A stretch of DNA of 64,000 nt from Chrysomallon squamiferum (Eukaryota > Animalia > Mollusca). This document shows positions 11,360-25,800 of the stretch, piece by piece. The notes beneath the pieces were generated by a model, which did not search any database, was not told the DNA's origin, and saw only the letters and a list, made by a program, of their open reading frames with translations. The stretch's first letter is position 1. Each line of letters opens with the position of its first letter. The position numbers and the translations under genes were made by a program. Location of the stretch: positions 29,760,001 to 29,824,000 of the forward strand of contig CM022672.1 in assembly GCA_012295275.1 (NCBI GenBank), read 5' to 3'.

Positions 11360-13157
11360 AGCATCATCATTAATATCATCATCGTTATCGCCACCACCTT
11401 TATGACCATTATTATCATCATTATCGTCGTTGTCGTCGTAGTCATCATTATCATCACCACCACGACCATCATGTTTGCGAGCATCATTATGATGATGATG
11501 AAGATGATGATGAATACTGTTAGTATTATAAATGTCTTTGATAAATAATATTGCTGTGATAGCTATAACTATTGCAAAAGACCCTGCCTACTTAAGCTGT
11601 AGTAATTAGTAAATACACAAGATATTATCATCATCATCGTCATCATCATTATCATCATCATAACATTCGTAGTCTTGGACGTCGTCAATTTAGGTTGTTT
11701 ATAGAAACATAAAATCATTTTATTTGTGTGACTAATGTAGGACAGTATATACCCGCAACGTGAAAGATACCGATGTGATCACTGACACTCTAAGCATTTA
11801 TTCTGCACTTTAACAGATTCTCCCGGTGACATCATTATACGTCAAATTCACAGTACGGTTTCATATGTCCATCATCTACAACCACAACAATAGTTTAGTA
11901 AAGGTCCAGTTTAACTACTATCTCGATTTTGATAATGTGGCAGAAACTATAGTAATCTTTGCTCACTCAGTTTATAGCTAATCGTTTTCTTTTTATCGCG
12001 TCCTAGAATTAAACATTAATATTTGTGTGTGTGTGACTTTGTGTGTGTGTGTTTCTTTGGGTGTGAATATGTGTGATGATGAAGGAGACATTATATATAT
12101 ATATATAAGTGTTTGTTTGACAAATCGATGCCTGCAGATGACAATAACTACAGATAGATTTGAGCCAACACTGCAGTAATTATCGGCTGGCTTTTTTGAG
12201 AAACTTGGCAAATGAGGGCGGTCATGTTTTGAATTTATATATAATATAAGTGTTTCCCCTATATAGCAATAGAAGAGTCCCTTTCTGGACATGTATGCCA
12301 CAGTTGTATGTACGTGTGTTAGTTTGTGTATATGCGTGTGTGCGTGAATGAAAACGTGGCATTACGTAATCGCCGCCTATAGCTCTGACCAAAGAAAACA
12401 ATTAACAGACACACAAAAAAGAAGAAAAACAAATAGATGGATTCAAATGTAAACAAAGTCACCATGTTTTATTTCCGTCAGCAATATGATTAAACTTTAT
12501 GAAACGAGTACTTCTTTTACTTAAATTAGTAATGTAAAACAGAAAAAAAAATTAAATAATAATAATAAAACATAATAATAGTAAATAATAAAAAAAAAAA
12601 AAAAAAAAAAAACATAAAATAAAATAAAATTAAATTAAATTAAAATAAAAAAAAAATTAATTTATAAAGTATCTAAATAGAGAAGGAAGTAAAATTATCA
12701 TAAATAGAAAACGCCTCCAAGATAGTTTATGTTCCTCGGTGTTATCATAACTGCTTATAAACACGTGATAAATCGGACTATATTTCAGAGGCCAGTGGAA
12801 ATTTTACGATGTTCGTTAAGGCTAGCTCGCTCTCATTTACTAACGGAAAAAATTTACCCGAACTGTGCAACCAATCAAAATTGTCTACTTTCTTTTTCCA
12901 AGAGAAATACGTGACAAAGATCTTCCTCTTTTCTAGGAAAAAATTGAACTCAGGTATCCATAAAAGGAAATAAACTGCTTGATATCATATTAAATCTACA
13001 GCAGAGACCTTTAACATCATTTACGCTGATGGGAGCATGTAAATATGTGGAAAGTTGAAATTTGTCAGACACTGATTGACAGTAAGGTAAGACTTTGAAA
13101 ACACATATCAACAGGCTCTGACCTGGCAAAAATATTTTATTTGTAGTCAAGAAATAC

Positions 13158-13196
<39 letters not shown>

Positions 13197-13213
13197 AATG
13201 AAATTTAAACTGA

Positions 13214-13253
<40 letters not shown>

Positions 13254-13949
13254 GTTTATTTATATCTAGTATTTGTATATTTTTATGACAAAAAATTAAA
13301 ATATAATGCATTTAAAAGTTAAAGAAGCATTCTATTCTTGAACACTGTCTTTAGATATTGGAGAATGCACCCGAAAACATACTCGAACTCTTTCATGATG
13401 GTCTATGATAAGAAAAAAATAAAAGTAATACAATTTCCAAATTGTTGTGTGTTTTTATTGTTAATGCAAAATTGTGAAGATCATTCTAGTCAAATCAGTT
13501 ATAGATTTTGTATAGTATTTTCTGTAGTGTTACAAAACATATTAATTATTATTTAAAACAGAAGACTGACTTTCTCAATTACAATTTTTAAAAATCGGGA
13601 AAGTTTATACAACAGAAATTTTTTGGTTGTTGTAGAAAAATAAATGTTGAAATGTTACTGCATTTCGTCTAAGTGTTTAATATGCTACATATTTATTTCT
13701 CTTAAAAAGATAATAATTTAGAGGAACTCATCACCTACATCAGAATTACATAAAAAGCATAGTCTGTCTTCTTTTTCAGTACTGATCCATCTACCAGTTT
13801 CTGTATGAAGCTTGACATTGCTGGTTAAAAATTTAGATAATGTTCTAGAATTTATTTTTTGGTTGGCAGTTTGAACAGATAATGTTCTATTTTAAATTTG
13901 TCTTTAAACATTCTATAATTAATGCCTGTAGATGACTCACAATTATTTA

Positions 13950-15200
13950 TACGCCATTGTTTGTAAGAACCGAAAACAAAATTATTTTAACATAACTGTT
14001 TAACCACAAGACATTCGCTTGGAAACATAAATATTTAATATGCAAACCACAATTGTGTAATATAGTTTTATCAAAGATAGCCAAGGACTTTGATATACCA
14101 TTTAAACTATGGTAATACGATAACAACTTTTTATAATCGTTACGGATAACAACCTTTGCCCAAAATGTAAACATTCTTTTTCTTAGCACTTACAGGCAGA
14201 GGCTTTCTCCCTAATTCACCATAACAATATAGCTTGTTGTTGACTTAACATCTAATACTTATTTGTAAAAAAATAAATTATTAAAACCCCAGATTTCACA
14301 TCAATATAATAATACTGCTTTTACAATCTTGCTAAAGAAATCTAATAGAGTCAATTGATATATTAAATTATCTACATTTATTTGATACAGCAAACACTGA
14401 CTTTGAAACTCGGTTGATTAAATCTTTCTTAGTATCTATGAAGGATCCAGATTCAGTTGAAACAAGAACGTGGTATTTAACTTCAGTACCAATTTCTCTT
14501 TCCATATTATTACATATAAATTTGAAATATCTCTTTTTAAATTGCTTCTGGAAAAAAAAAAATCATTATTTTTGACTTGACAACTTTTTCCCCATGTTTT
14601 ACCATAAATTTCAAAAAGTGCAGCTGATGTTGTAAATCACCTGTTGCTTCCACTAATAATACAATCAGCTTATAGCAACACAAATAACTTATGGCCAAAT
14701 AAATATGTTATTGATTATACCTTTGCAGTTTTCTGAGGGTAAAAAGTTAACAAAATCATTTAAATATAGTGAAAGTAAAAAACAAAACAAATCCCGTTGC
14801 CTTACTCCAGTATTGCAAGGAAAGCATTCGGATTTACAGCCGTTATGTACAATTCTTCATTTGAAACCGTGGTAATATTAAACATTATTCTGAAACATTT
14901 ACCATTAATATCATAACACAGAAGTCTTTCTATAAAGCAATATGCCATATAGAGACAAATGCTTTTTCAAAATCGATAAAACCAAAATACATATTTTTCT
15001 TCGTTCTATTTAGTAATTGAAATAAAGTATGCAGTACTCAGTTGTAGAGCAACCTTGTCGAAAACAAGACTGACTTGTTTCCAGTAATTCAACTTGATCA
15101 GAGAATACAGTCAGTCTATTATTAATTATAGATGTAAATAATTCACTAGGCAACTCAATAACGTAGTTGATCTTGTCTTTTTTTTTAATTTCTGTATATA
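13950..15200 (-). mobile_element. Degenerate LINE reverse transcriptase fragment
   Basis: QSCFRQGCSTT, FIDFEKAF, TGVRQ and LL*AD motifs occur in RT order, heavily disrupted. Confidence 0.7.
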
Positions 15201-15699
15201 CAGTACTACGATTAATCAAAAAATGTCATATCAGTTAGTGCTTGTATATTGAGTATAACACTGTTGTTGAAAAATCTATATATGCAATACTCTATCATTC
15301 TAAAGATGTAATTTATGTTTGTATAATAAATATTGTTGTTAAAATATCTGTGTTTACAGTACTTCTATCAATCTAAAGATGTAAGTATATTTTCTTATAT
15401 ATATATATATATAAAGAAGGCACTGTCAATCTAGAGCTGTAATTGATGTTTGTATAGGTGTCCTTGTTGAAATATCTATGTACCCTATTTTTTCATTTAA
15501 AGTTTTATGAAATAAATGTAATGTTTATGTAATGTCTTTTTTACTTACTGAAAATAATTATAACTTTTGTACAGCATATAAAAACAATATCTTTTCATAT
15601 TTACATAACATACGTGTTCTTTTCTTTCTATACTTCAGAACTAGAACATTTATTATGACATACTAAGAGAGAAAAAACTGCAAAATATAGACAGCAACA

Positions 15700-16406
15700 A
15701 TGGGTATGTGTTTTTGTTTATGTATGTTTCCCTTTATAAATTCAAATCTTCTGATATTAATTCCATTACTAACATCTTTTTATTACTTTTTTAATATATT
15801 TTTTAATACAGATCCGTTCATTTTCAGTTTGTCTCTGCATTTCATTCCATTTTACTAAAATATATATACTCTTTCTTAAATTTTAAATTTAAAGTTTTAA
15901 TTTCTATATATATATAGATATATAAAGATAAAATATTAACAAAAATTAAATAAAAAATAGAAATGAAATAATTAGCACATATTTGATTTCTAATTTCATT
16001 TTTACTATTTCTTATGATTTATTTTATTTTTTGAAATTAATCTTTTTTGTTTGTTTTGTTCTGACGAAACAATCCATACATATACCTTAATTTTATGTTT
16101 TTATTGCTGAATATTATACTTGTTAAAATGACTAGTCCTTGCTAATTAATGAGAATAATTTCAGCCTCCTCTGGGTCTAGCAAACTAAAGGAAGGACTGG
16201 CTTGCATGAAACAGCCTAGTCTGATCAAACAGCTGAAATCAGTACTGGATCAGTATCCAAAAGAACAGATTCTAAAGGTATTATTACTGTATTGTATTGT
16301 ATACTATTCATTTGGTAGATAAAATTCAGAACAGTTCCATATGTTATTTCTAATTTTTAATCTTAATAAAATAAAATGTAAAAGTTGATTGTCAATCCAT
16401 TATTAA

Positions 16407-16441
<35 letters not shown>

Positions 16442-19400
16442 ATACAAAACACTTAAAAGGTCTACCAAAATTGTTTGATGATACTATATAATATAAATTG
16501 ACATCATGCGACATCATATGTGAGATCTGATAGAAATAAGCACCAAAACTTTATAAAAGCCACTATTTCTAAATTACAATATCCTGAATGACGCATTAAT
16601 ATCATTTTGACGTTAAGTTGTCGTTATAGGTTTCTGCACAATTCGTTTTCACTGTAAATAAAAACAAAAAAGACTCTGAATCTCATCGTTTACTTCTAAA
16701 GATCAGAGCCATGGCTTGATTCCCTAACTTATCTACAGTGTCATGTTTGGCCAAGTGCTATGGAAGTAAGACTGAATCAGGTGCGGGCAAACTCCGGCCC
16801 ACGGGTCAGATCCGGACCGCGAAGATTTATTGTCTGGCCCGCCAAACTGTTCACAATTAGCATTACCATCCGGCTCGCGAGACAGTAAACTAAAAGTCAT
16901 TGAAATGAAGTCAGTTGACGCAGCTATGTTTTGTCAAAAATTTTAGGCGTCTCGAAGGCGCTCGTCGAATCTTTAGTGCCCGCATTTGAATGGCTGCTTG
17001 CTTCATTCAGTTCATAAATATGAAACTATAACGATCGTTGTTTCAATCCTGCCTCAGTTACGCGGGCGAATTGAACCACGATAACGTCTTGCTGTCACGA
17101 ACAGAACTGGTATTTGCATTTTTGCTTTTTACTATCTATCGTATTTACCCAGTCAATCATGTCCGCAACCTCGCATTTAAAACGGAGAAAAGTGAATATG
17201 GAAAGTTTGACATTCAACTCTGAGTGGACGGAGAAGTACTTTTTCATTGGACAGGCTCAGTGCCTGATCTGTTTGAAAACAGCTGCTGTTTTCAAATAGT
17301 TTAATGTGCGCTGCCATTGGGAAACAGCACATCGCTCGTAAACTTTGCTTCAATGTCTGCTGCTGAGAAAAACTGTCAGGCAATCTCTAAAAGGGCACTT
17401 TGATCTTTCGTAAACAGATATCTCAGCTTGAAAAAGTGGCACATGCCAGTTACGAATTTCACGACCCCTTGTTCAACGGATGAACCCATTGTCTGATGCA
17501 GATTTTGTCAAGGAATGTCTCATGACTGATGTGAATTTTGTCTCCCCAGAACAACGTTCGATCAAAGAGAATATCAGTCTATTGTCTCGTACTATTTGTC
17601 GTCGTGATCTAATGTCAGACAGTGCGCAAGATTCATAAAAAGTAAGTGTTCGACCTTTGCCGCCTTGTCTCTTGCTCTTGACGAGGGCACTAATATCTTT
17701 GAAAGACACAGCCAAATTGGCTGTTTTCATACGTGGAGTCACTTCTGCCCTCGAGGTGCATGAAGAGTTCTTGGAGATGTTCCACTATATGACACCACCA
17801 GTGGAAAAGACATGTTCAATGCCTTACTTCAGTGTATGGAGCACCACTCCCTTGATCTCTCCCGTCTTGTAAGTGTAACAACTGATGGTGCACCGGCAGT
17901 AATTGGAGAGAATAAAGGTGCGGCCTCTTTGCTTGTTCGCCATTGTGAGGCTCTTGGACACAATCAGACCATCCACAACCTACACTCCATCATCCACCAA
18001 GAATCCTTATGGGCCAAGTCATGTCAGTTGTAGTGAAGGTTGTCAGTTCCATACTGACATATCGCCAGTTCCTGGTACTGATGGATGAAGTCAGTGCGCA
18101 CTACGGTGACCTGCACTACTTTTCTGATGTGCCCTGGCTGAGTCGTGCAGCCATGCTGTCTCGTGTATGGGACCTGCAACAAGAAATTGTCACTTTTCTT
18201 CATGAGAAGAACTTCCCTTTTACAGATTCAAAGTGGGTTGCCTGCCTGGCTTTTCTCACGGATATCATCACACACCTCAACACTCTCAGTGCAATGCAGT
18301 GATGAATTAACAGTTAAGTTGCGCACTTCTTTCGTAATGTCATCCTTCCATATGGCAAATTTCCACAATTTATTAAACATGTTAGTCTCTCTGACCGCCA
18401 TCTACATGATATTCTTTGCTAGTCCACCACGTCAATTAAGCCTGACATTGAATCGCTGTTTCATGGTATGCAACACCATCTCATTAACTGTTCTAACATT
18501 CGTTCAAAGTGAATTTACTGTTTACATAAAATAAACGTTTTGAAATCTTGTTTGTTCTCATTTCTTATTCTGGCCCTCATGCTCGTCATATAAGATCCAT
18601 GCGACCCCGGTTTTAAAAAGTTTGCCCGCCAGAGCTCTAAATGTTTGCCACCGATCTCAAATTATTCAAATATTCTTATCTAAAAATGTGGGATATGATA
18701 TCAACCCAGTATGCATGCAATGAAAAGCAGCTGAATAATCAACTGATCACCTATCAGGCGTTTTAGAAAATTGGGTTATTGATTTGTTATTAGAACAAAT
18801 GTACAAAGGAAGACACTTTTCAAATAGCGTCTTGACCAAAAATGTTTCATGATACAATAGGAGAATCAATAGTTCCATGTCTTCTCCAGTAAGAGTTGTG
18901 TTTATGTGTCTGACAGTCAGCATCTCCTTCAGTGTTGATAACATTGTAGTCCAGTCCTTCTCCCTTAAATGTTTAATAATTAGATTAGAGTGACAAGAAT
19001 TCTTCTTATTTTCACAATAAAGACTGTTTCAGATGAGATGATAACATAAGAGTGATGTTTTTCTAGTTATTCCTAATGTGTATCCTTTATTGATGGTATT
19101 TCAAGACAGCTATCGAATATCTCCTGGATATGACCAATAGTCTCTCTGGTAGAGTAATGCAGGGTCGATAGTTCTCATAGTGTCAACCTTTCCCCATGAT
19201 CTGCTTTTCTGCTGTTAACATTATCCTAATTAACAACTCCAGTTACTGAATTTCTCAATTTAGGATTCATAGCGAATGGAGTGTATCCGTCTTAAAATTT
19301 CTAAATACATTTGCTTTCCTTGACTCGAGCTCCTTTATGTTTCATAGGTAAAGATACACTTACTTTAACAATCAGAATTAGCAAAACTCATATCACAATC

Positions 19401-19601
19401 CATCAAGATTACAAATGTAGATAATGTTAGAAATGTTGCATGTTGGGCTATAGGATATGTATCAATGACTGGTAGAAAAGTGATATTCGATTTCCAGTTC
19501 TACTCAGACTTACTATGCAATGCACAATGAGCAATATTCCAACTGTCAGATGTTGGGAGAAATTGTTTCTGCATTAACTGATGACCTTGGACAAAATAGA
19601 A

Positions 19602-19641
<40 letters not shown>

Positions 19642-19766
19642 AAAAAAAGTAAAACAAGCATATTGCTTAACATGTTTTGGGGGATTCAGCCATTATTTTT
19701 CATATATAGGTCTGACTAACATGAGAAATATAGATGGACATCAGCCGTATCAATTTCAGATCAAAG

Positions 19767-19810
<44 letters not shown>

Positions 19811-22800
19811 TACTACTACTACAACTACAACTACTACTACTACTACTACCACTACTACTACTACTGGTAGTACTATTACATTATATTACAATCACATTAT
19901 CATGGCAACTATTAGGTACCACTACGATCACTACTACTACTTCTGCTACTTTTTATACCTATTGATTGCCATCACAACTATTATTAGGATAAGTACTACA
20001 ACTGTTTTACAGGAAATAATACAGAATGCTGAAGATGCAGGTGCAAAGGAGGTGAAAGTTTTGTATGAAAAACAACAATGTAACAAGTCAGAAGACTTGG
20101 CTAAGCTGAATTATCCGTGTCATGTGAAAGCACTGCAGGTACGTCAGTGAAATGAAGTTTAAATGATATCTGAGAGAATGAAGAAGAAAGTAACAAGATA
20201 TGTTCATTGAAAAACTGAATGTAAAACTGATAATGTTTTAACATTTTTAAGCATCAAACGTTATCATTGTTGTTGTTGTTGTTATTGTTGTAATTACTAT
20301 TAATAATATGATATTAGAAATTATCAGGGTTCACCAATATAATATAAATCAGTTGTGTAGACAAACACGATGGAAAACAATCAAATTTCAGTCTATTGCT
20401 TCAAAAAATATGTTATTTATAATATATTTTCTTAATAAGAAATAATTGAGACACATCTGAGTAAGCGCCAACCTAAAACATAATCAAAATAAAAAAGAAA
20501 ATGCTTTCTAATAACAATACTAAAACAGATAACATTTGAACATAAAGAGTTAGGAAATGTGGCTGATACAGATGACAAAGTCTACCTTCTTGCTGTTCTG
20601 AACGACTGATAAAGCCACTGAGGCATTTTTCCTATTCTGCTAGTGTCATTTGCACTTTGTTAAAAAAAATCTTCTAACCATGGAATGTATATTCTATCCA
20701 AAATAATCTCAGCCTCGGTATGAAGATGACAAAAAAACATAAATGTTTTCTTTCTATATTTTTTTATTACAAATATAAAAATAGGAGACAAATCTACTGG
20801 CGGAAATTATCTATCCAGTAATGAAACTATACTTACACACTTTTTTCTTTTATTTACAGGGTCCTGGCCTCTGTGTGTTCAATGATGCACTGTTCACTGA
20901 AAACGACTGGGAAGGAATCCAGATGATCCAAAGCAGCAACAAAGAACAAGACCGTCTTAAAGTTGGACGATATGGGCTGGGATTCAAATCTGTATTTCAC
21001 TTCACAGGTACAACAGATAATAAGAATTAATAGATTATTGCTATACATTAAATTCATAGCTAGCATAGATTAAAAAAGTACACTCTTCTATTCCATCATA
21101 AACTGGTTATGGTATAGGACAACTATTTGAATGTTAAATTATCAAATACATTTTTACTTCTCTTTTACTTGTTTCTTTGTCTCTTTATTAAAATAAATTG
21201 AACTGACAAAGAAAAAGAAAAATAAATAAAATAAAATAAAATATAATAAATAAATAAATGAATAAATAAATATAACATTAAACAAATATCAGCTTTTGTT
21301 TAAAGCAGTAATATTGTTTTACTATTGGTAAACTGTTTTAAACAGATTTAAAAAATCTATTTTTTGTTTCAGACTGGCTTTGCATTGTCAGTGGGGAATG
21401 GATCCTTTTCATTAATCCACATCAACCAAAAGATGACGTCTGTCTCATGAGGAAACTACAGAATTTGGACGCCGAAACACTGGCAGCAATAATTAATGTC
21501 TTTGGAGGAACATTTGATTTTTCACAATCTTTCCTAAATAGTAGATTCTACAATGGCACTTTATTTTGGTTTCCACTGCGGCTTGTTAAATCCAATCTTT
21601 CACAAAACGTGTATACAGAAGAAAATATAACAAATATCTTTGCAAATTTCATTTCTGAGGCAGAAATGATTCTTCTTTTTCTAAAGTCTCTTGAGAATAT
21701 ATCTCTTTTTACAAGAGATGGCTCCTTGACAAATGCAGAAACTGTTTTTGTTGTAAAGATAGGAGAAAAGTATTTAAATTCTATTCATAGGGAAAAGGAA
21801 CTATTTCAGATGGAATGTGAAAATGCTGGTGGCAATCTCCCACATAAGTCATTTCATTCTACATATCGGTTTTCTGTTGAAACCATAACGTTTAGTTATG
21901 GACATCCTACCATATACAAGTCAAAAGATTGGATGGTGGTGAATTTCTACTTGGGAGAACCAGTATCTTTGACCCTCAGAAATCTTTGTTCTGACACTGA
22001 CCTCTCTTACTTACCTTATGTTGGTCTTGCTTATCCTCTGACAGACGAAGACATAATGAAAGGACACATTTTTTGTTTTCTACCTCTGCCTCTTAGTGCA
22101 GAAAATAATACCGGTTTGCCTGTCAATGTCAATGGTTTTTTTGCACTAACTCAAGATCGCAGGGAAATTAAATGGTCACCAGATAAGGAAAAACAAGATG
22201 AATGGAATCACTGCCTCATTTCAGAAGCTCTGCCACAAGCTTACATTATACTCATTCAAGAACTCAGGAAATTATCCCAGGAAAGAAATAACAGTTCTGA
22301 AGATATTAATCTCTTTTATGGTTCATTTCCTGATGAGTCAAAGATCACTGCTCATTGGATAGACTTCTTAGAGCCATTTTACAGAAAACTGTTTAAAACA
22401 AAGGCATTTTTCACTGAAGTAGGTGGAGGAAAATGGCTTCTAAAGGAAAATATTATTCTTGCTCTGAGTGAGGAACCATCAGTTGAACCATCAGTTTTCA
22501 ATACAGTCACAAAGGCTTATCTGGATTATGGAAGAAATGTTGTGAAGCTTCCAGATCATATTGTGAAAAAGATTGTGAGTTATGTGTCCAAAGTTAGCCC
22601 AGAAGGGTTGTGTAATTTGCTGAAAACATCAGATCTGTACATTCGCTACAGTGACGAGGAAAAACAACATCTTTTGAGATATGCTCTCCTCTCATCTTCA
22701 TACACATGTCTTGAAGGACTAGCTTTGCTTCCTGTGGCTGATGGATCATTTCAGACATTCGCAAAGCAAAACATCTTTTTCTGTCCCGAGAAAATTCACG

Positions 22801-25800
22801 TATTTCCAAGTTTGGAACGTTGTCTAGTCAGTGCGACTGTTGATCATTTTGTCCAGAAAAAGTTCTTTTATATGGCTGAAAAAGGTGTGAAACATATATA
22901 GAAAATATTAAAAGAATGCAGAACTCTTTCTGTAACATATTGGTACAATTTCTTATTTATAAAAAAAAGAAGTTAAAATTAAAAGTGAAAATAACTTTTT
23001 AAATTAAATTATAATATTTTAATGGTTGAGAAATAAATTAAATGCATTTTGTCTTCAGTAGGTATTGTTATTTCACATACTATGCCATCATTTATTACAT
23101 TATTTTGTATTGATTTCTCTCTCCATCTTTGCTAGCAAAGGATTTAGATGTATGTTTAAATGTATGACAACAAAACTATAGTGCATCTTTTAATAAAATA
23201 AAATTTTAAAGGTACATTAATATTTTTTTCAGGATGGAATAACATTTTTAAAGTCACTGCAGAGACATTTCCACAAATAATCAGATCGTGTTTAAGAAAC
23301 AACAAACTTTATGATTTACAATATGTGCAGAGACTGTCACCCACTTTAGGTGAAACATGGCTAAAAGAATTATGGATTTTATCACAAGAATTAGGTGTAG
23401 ACATGATGTCATCAATGCAAGATATGCCTCTAGTACCAGAATATACTGATGATAAAATTATATTACATCCTTTGACAGGCAACTTCATAGCAGCAACACT
23501 GGTTGGATTTGAAAACCTTTCTGAAGACATCTGCCAGTGCTTACAGAAATTGGGAGTTGTAGTCTTGCCTTCAGTTCCTGATTATGTTCAGTCAGTCCTA
23601 CTAGTAGGTAGCATGATTCCTTTACCCACTCCAAAAGGTGTTATAAAGACACTGTGTCAGGTTTCAAAGGAAAATATTCAGAATTTCAATGATACAGCAG
23701 ATGAATTTATCAAAACTAAGTTTGCGGAATTCCTATCTTTAAGCACAGATACATTCTCCAGTGAAAAGAGAATATTAAGGTTACTGAAAATATTCACAAC
23801 ATCAGAAGGAAGATGTGTCTCAGTTGAAGAACTGGATGAAATAGCACCCACCGAACCAATTCCTGTTTCATATCCATCAGAGTATTTAAATAGGCTTTCC
23901 ACTTCATCACGTAAACTGGCTATACATCTGGGAGCTAAAGAAATTTCCATTCATCAGCTAATTTGCAAAGTTCTTGATGTCATGACATTCCTAAACCAAA
24001 AGCATTATAATATAAAAGAAATACAAATTTTCATGAGATTTCTCTCTAAAAACAGTCATGTTTATCTTCATAACGTAGAAATTAGTCAAAAAGCTTCAGA
24101 GATCCATTTCTTGCCTTCCTGTAGAAAGGAAGAATTTCAAAGAGCAAAAGACTTGTTTGATCCTCTTAGTCCATTCCTGCAAAAACTCTTCTATGGTGAA
24201 GATATGTTTCCTAGCGATGAATTTTGCCAGCCTAATATGCTATCTGGTTTGGAGAAGCTGGGATTGAAAAAAGATCAAAATGTAACTTCAAAAGAAATCT
24301 GTAATTCAGTTTCATTAATCGAAAGTATTCTTGAACTTTTTCATGAGCCAAAGATGATTAGAGAAAAAGCAAACGCTATTTTCATCAGTTTGGCAAAATG
24401 CGATATTTCACAACATGAGTTAGCAAAAATAAAATCATCTCGATGGATACCAGTTCTGACTGAAAGACCTTCATCTTACCCTCAGCATCTTCCTTTTGCT
24501 GGTGAGAATAAGGAAAGTATTGGCAGACCAACAAACATGTGCCATTTCTCTCATCTAAGCTTAGTAGGTTCTGTGCAAGCTGTCACCAAAGACAATTTGT
24601 TAATCACCAAGAATGATTATTTCCAAAATCCACGCGAAGATGTTGTTGTCGAACACATGAAAAATATCATAGAGACATATTGTGCAGAGGAACATCAGAT
24701 GTACATGACGCAGTTAAATGATGTGTACCTCTATTTCAGTGAAATTACACTATCAACAAAAATTCAAATCAAGTTAGCAACTATGAATGTTCTATGGATT
24801 GGTGAAGACGTTGGATTTGTTAAGCCAGAAAACGTATGGACAGAATACCAGTCTTCAGATATTGATCTCAAGCCTTACCGGTATACAATACCAACATCTT
24901 TACAGCGTTTCAGTCACATGTTTCACCAAGTTGGTGCTTCAGAAAAACAGAGTTCACAAATGTTGATGTATGTATTAAAGGAAATTCAGCAAAAGCATTA
25001 TGAATGTTGTGCTGGTTTCTCAATTTCAAAAGATCTTTCATTAGTTCTGGGAATCCTTAAGCGTCTGAAAGAAGATGAAACTCTTGATAAAAATGTTTTA
25101 CTGCTTCCAGTATATAATGATGAAGAGCGACTGGTTCTAAAGCAGCTGAGAGACTGTGTGTTCTGTGAATCTTACCAGCTTTCTTACATCGACAATGAAA
25201 CAGAAAATATTTATTTTGCTCAAATCCCTTCAGACCTGGCGAGAGATCTTGGTATTCGCATTTTGAGTAACCCATTGCTGAATGCCACAGAAGAATTTGA
25301 TATGGATTATGGACAAAGTGAACCATTAACAAGACGATTGAGAAATCTGTTGCATGAATATACTGATGGTTTTTCTGTCACAAAGGAAATTATACAGAAC
25401 GCTGACGATGCTGGAGCTACTGAAGTGAATTTTCTCTACGATGAAAGAGAGAATTTGGAAGCAAGAACTGGTTTAATCAATGAAGGAATGTCTTCCTTAC
25501 AGGGCCCAGCTCTATGGGCCCAGAATGATGCTCAGTTTTCTAAATCTGACTTTGCTAACATCACCAAATTAAGTGGAGAAACCAAAATGGAAGACTCTAC
25601 AAAAATAGGAAGATTTGGCTTAGGTTTCAATTCAGTTTACAATTTGACTGATGTTCCAAGTTTTGTAAGTGGAAATAATTTTGTCATATTTGATCCACAT
25701 AAACATTTTCTTGGAAATCATGGACTGAAAGCAGATCTTACAAAGCAGAAAAACAAATTAATGTTGCAAAAAATGAAGAATCAGTTCAAACCATTCGAGA

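Noticed and set aside
12300-13220. Sacsin promoter with NF-kB/IRF-like sites
   Set aside because: Short A-rich motifs are expected by chance here, and no transcription start evidence is available.
16770-18642. 8-bp TSD for the hAT element
   Set aside because: Flanks gactgaat and ctctaaat match at only 5 of 8 positions, which is too weak to claim.
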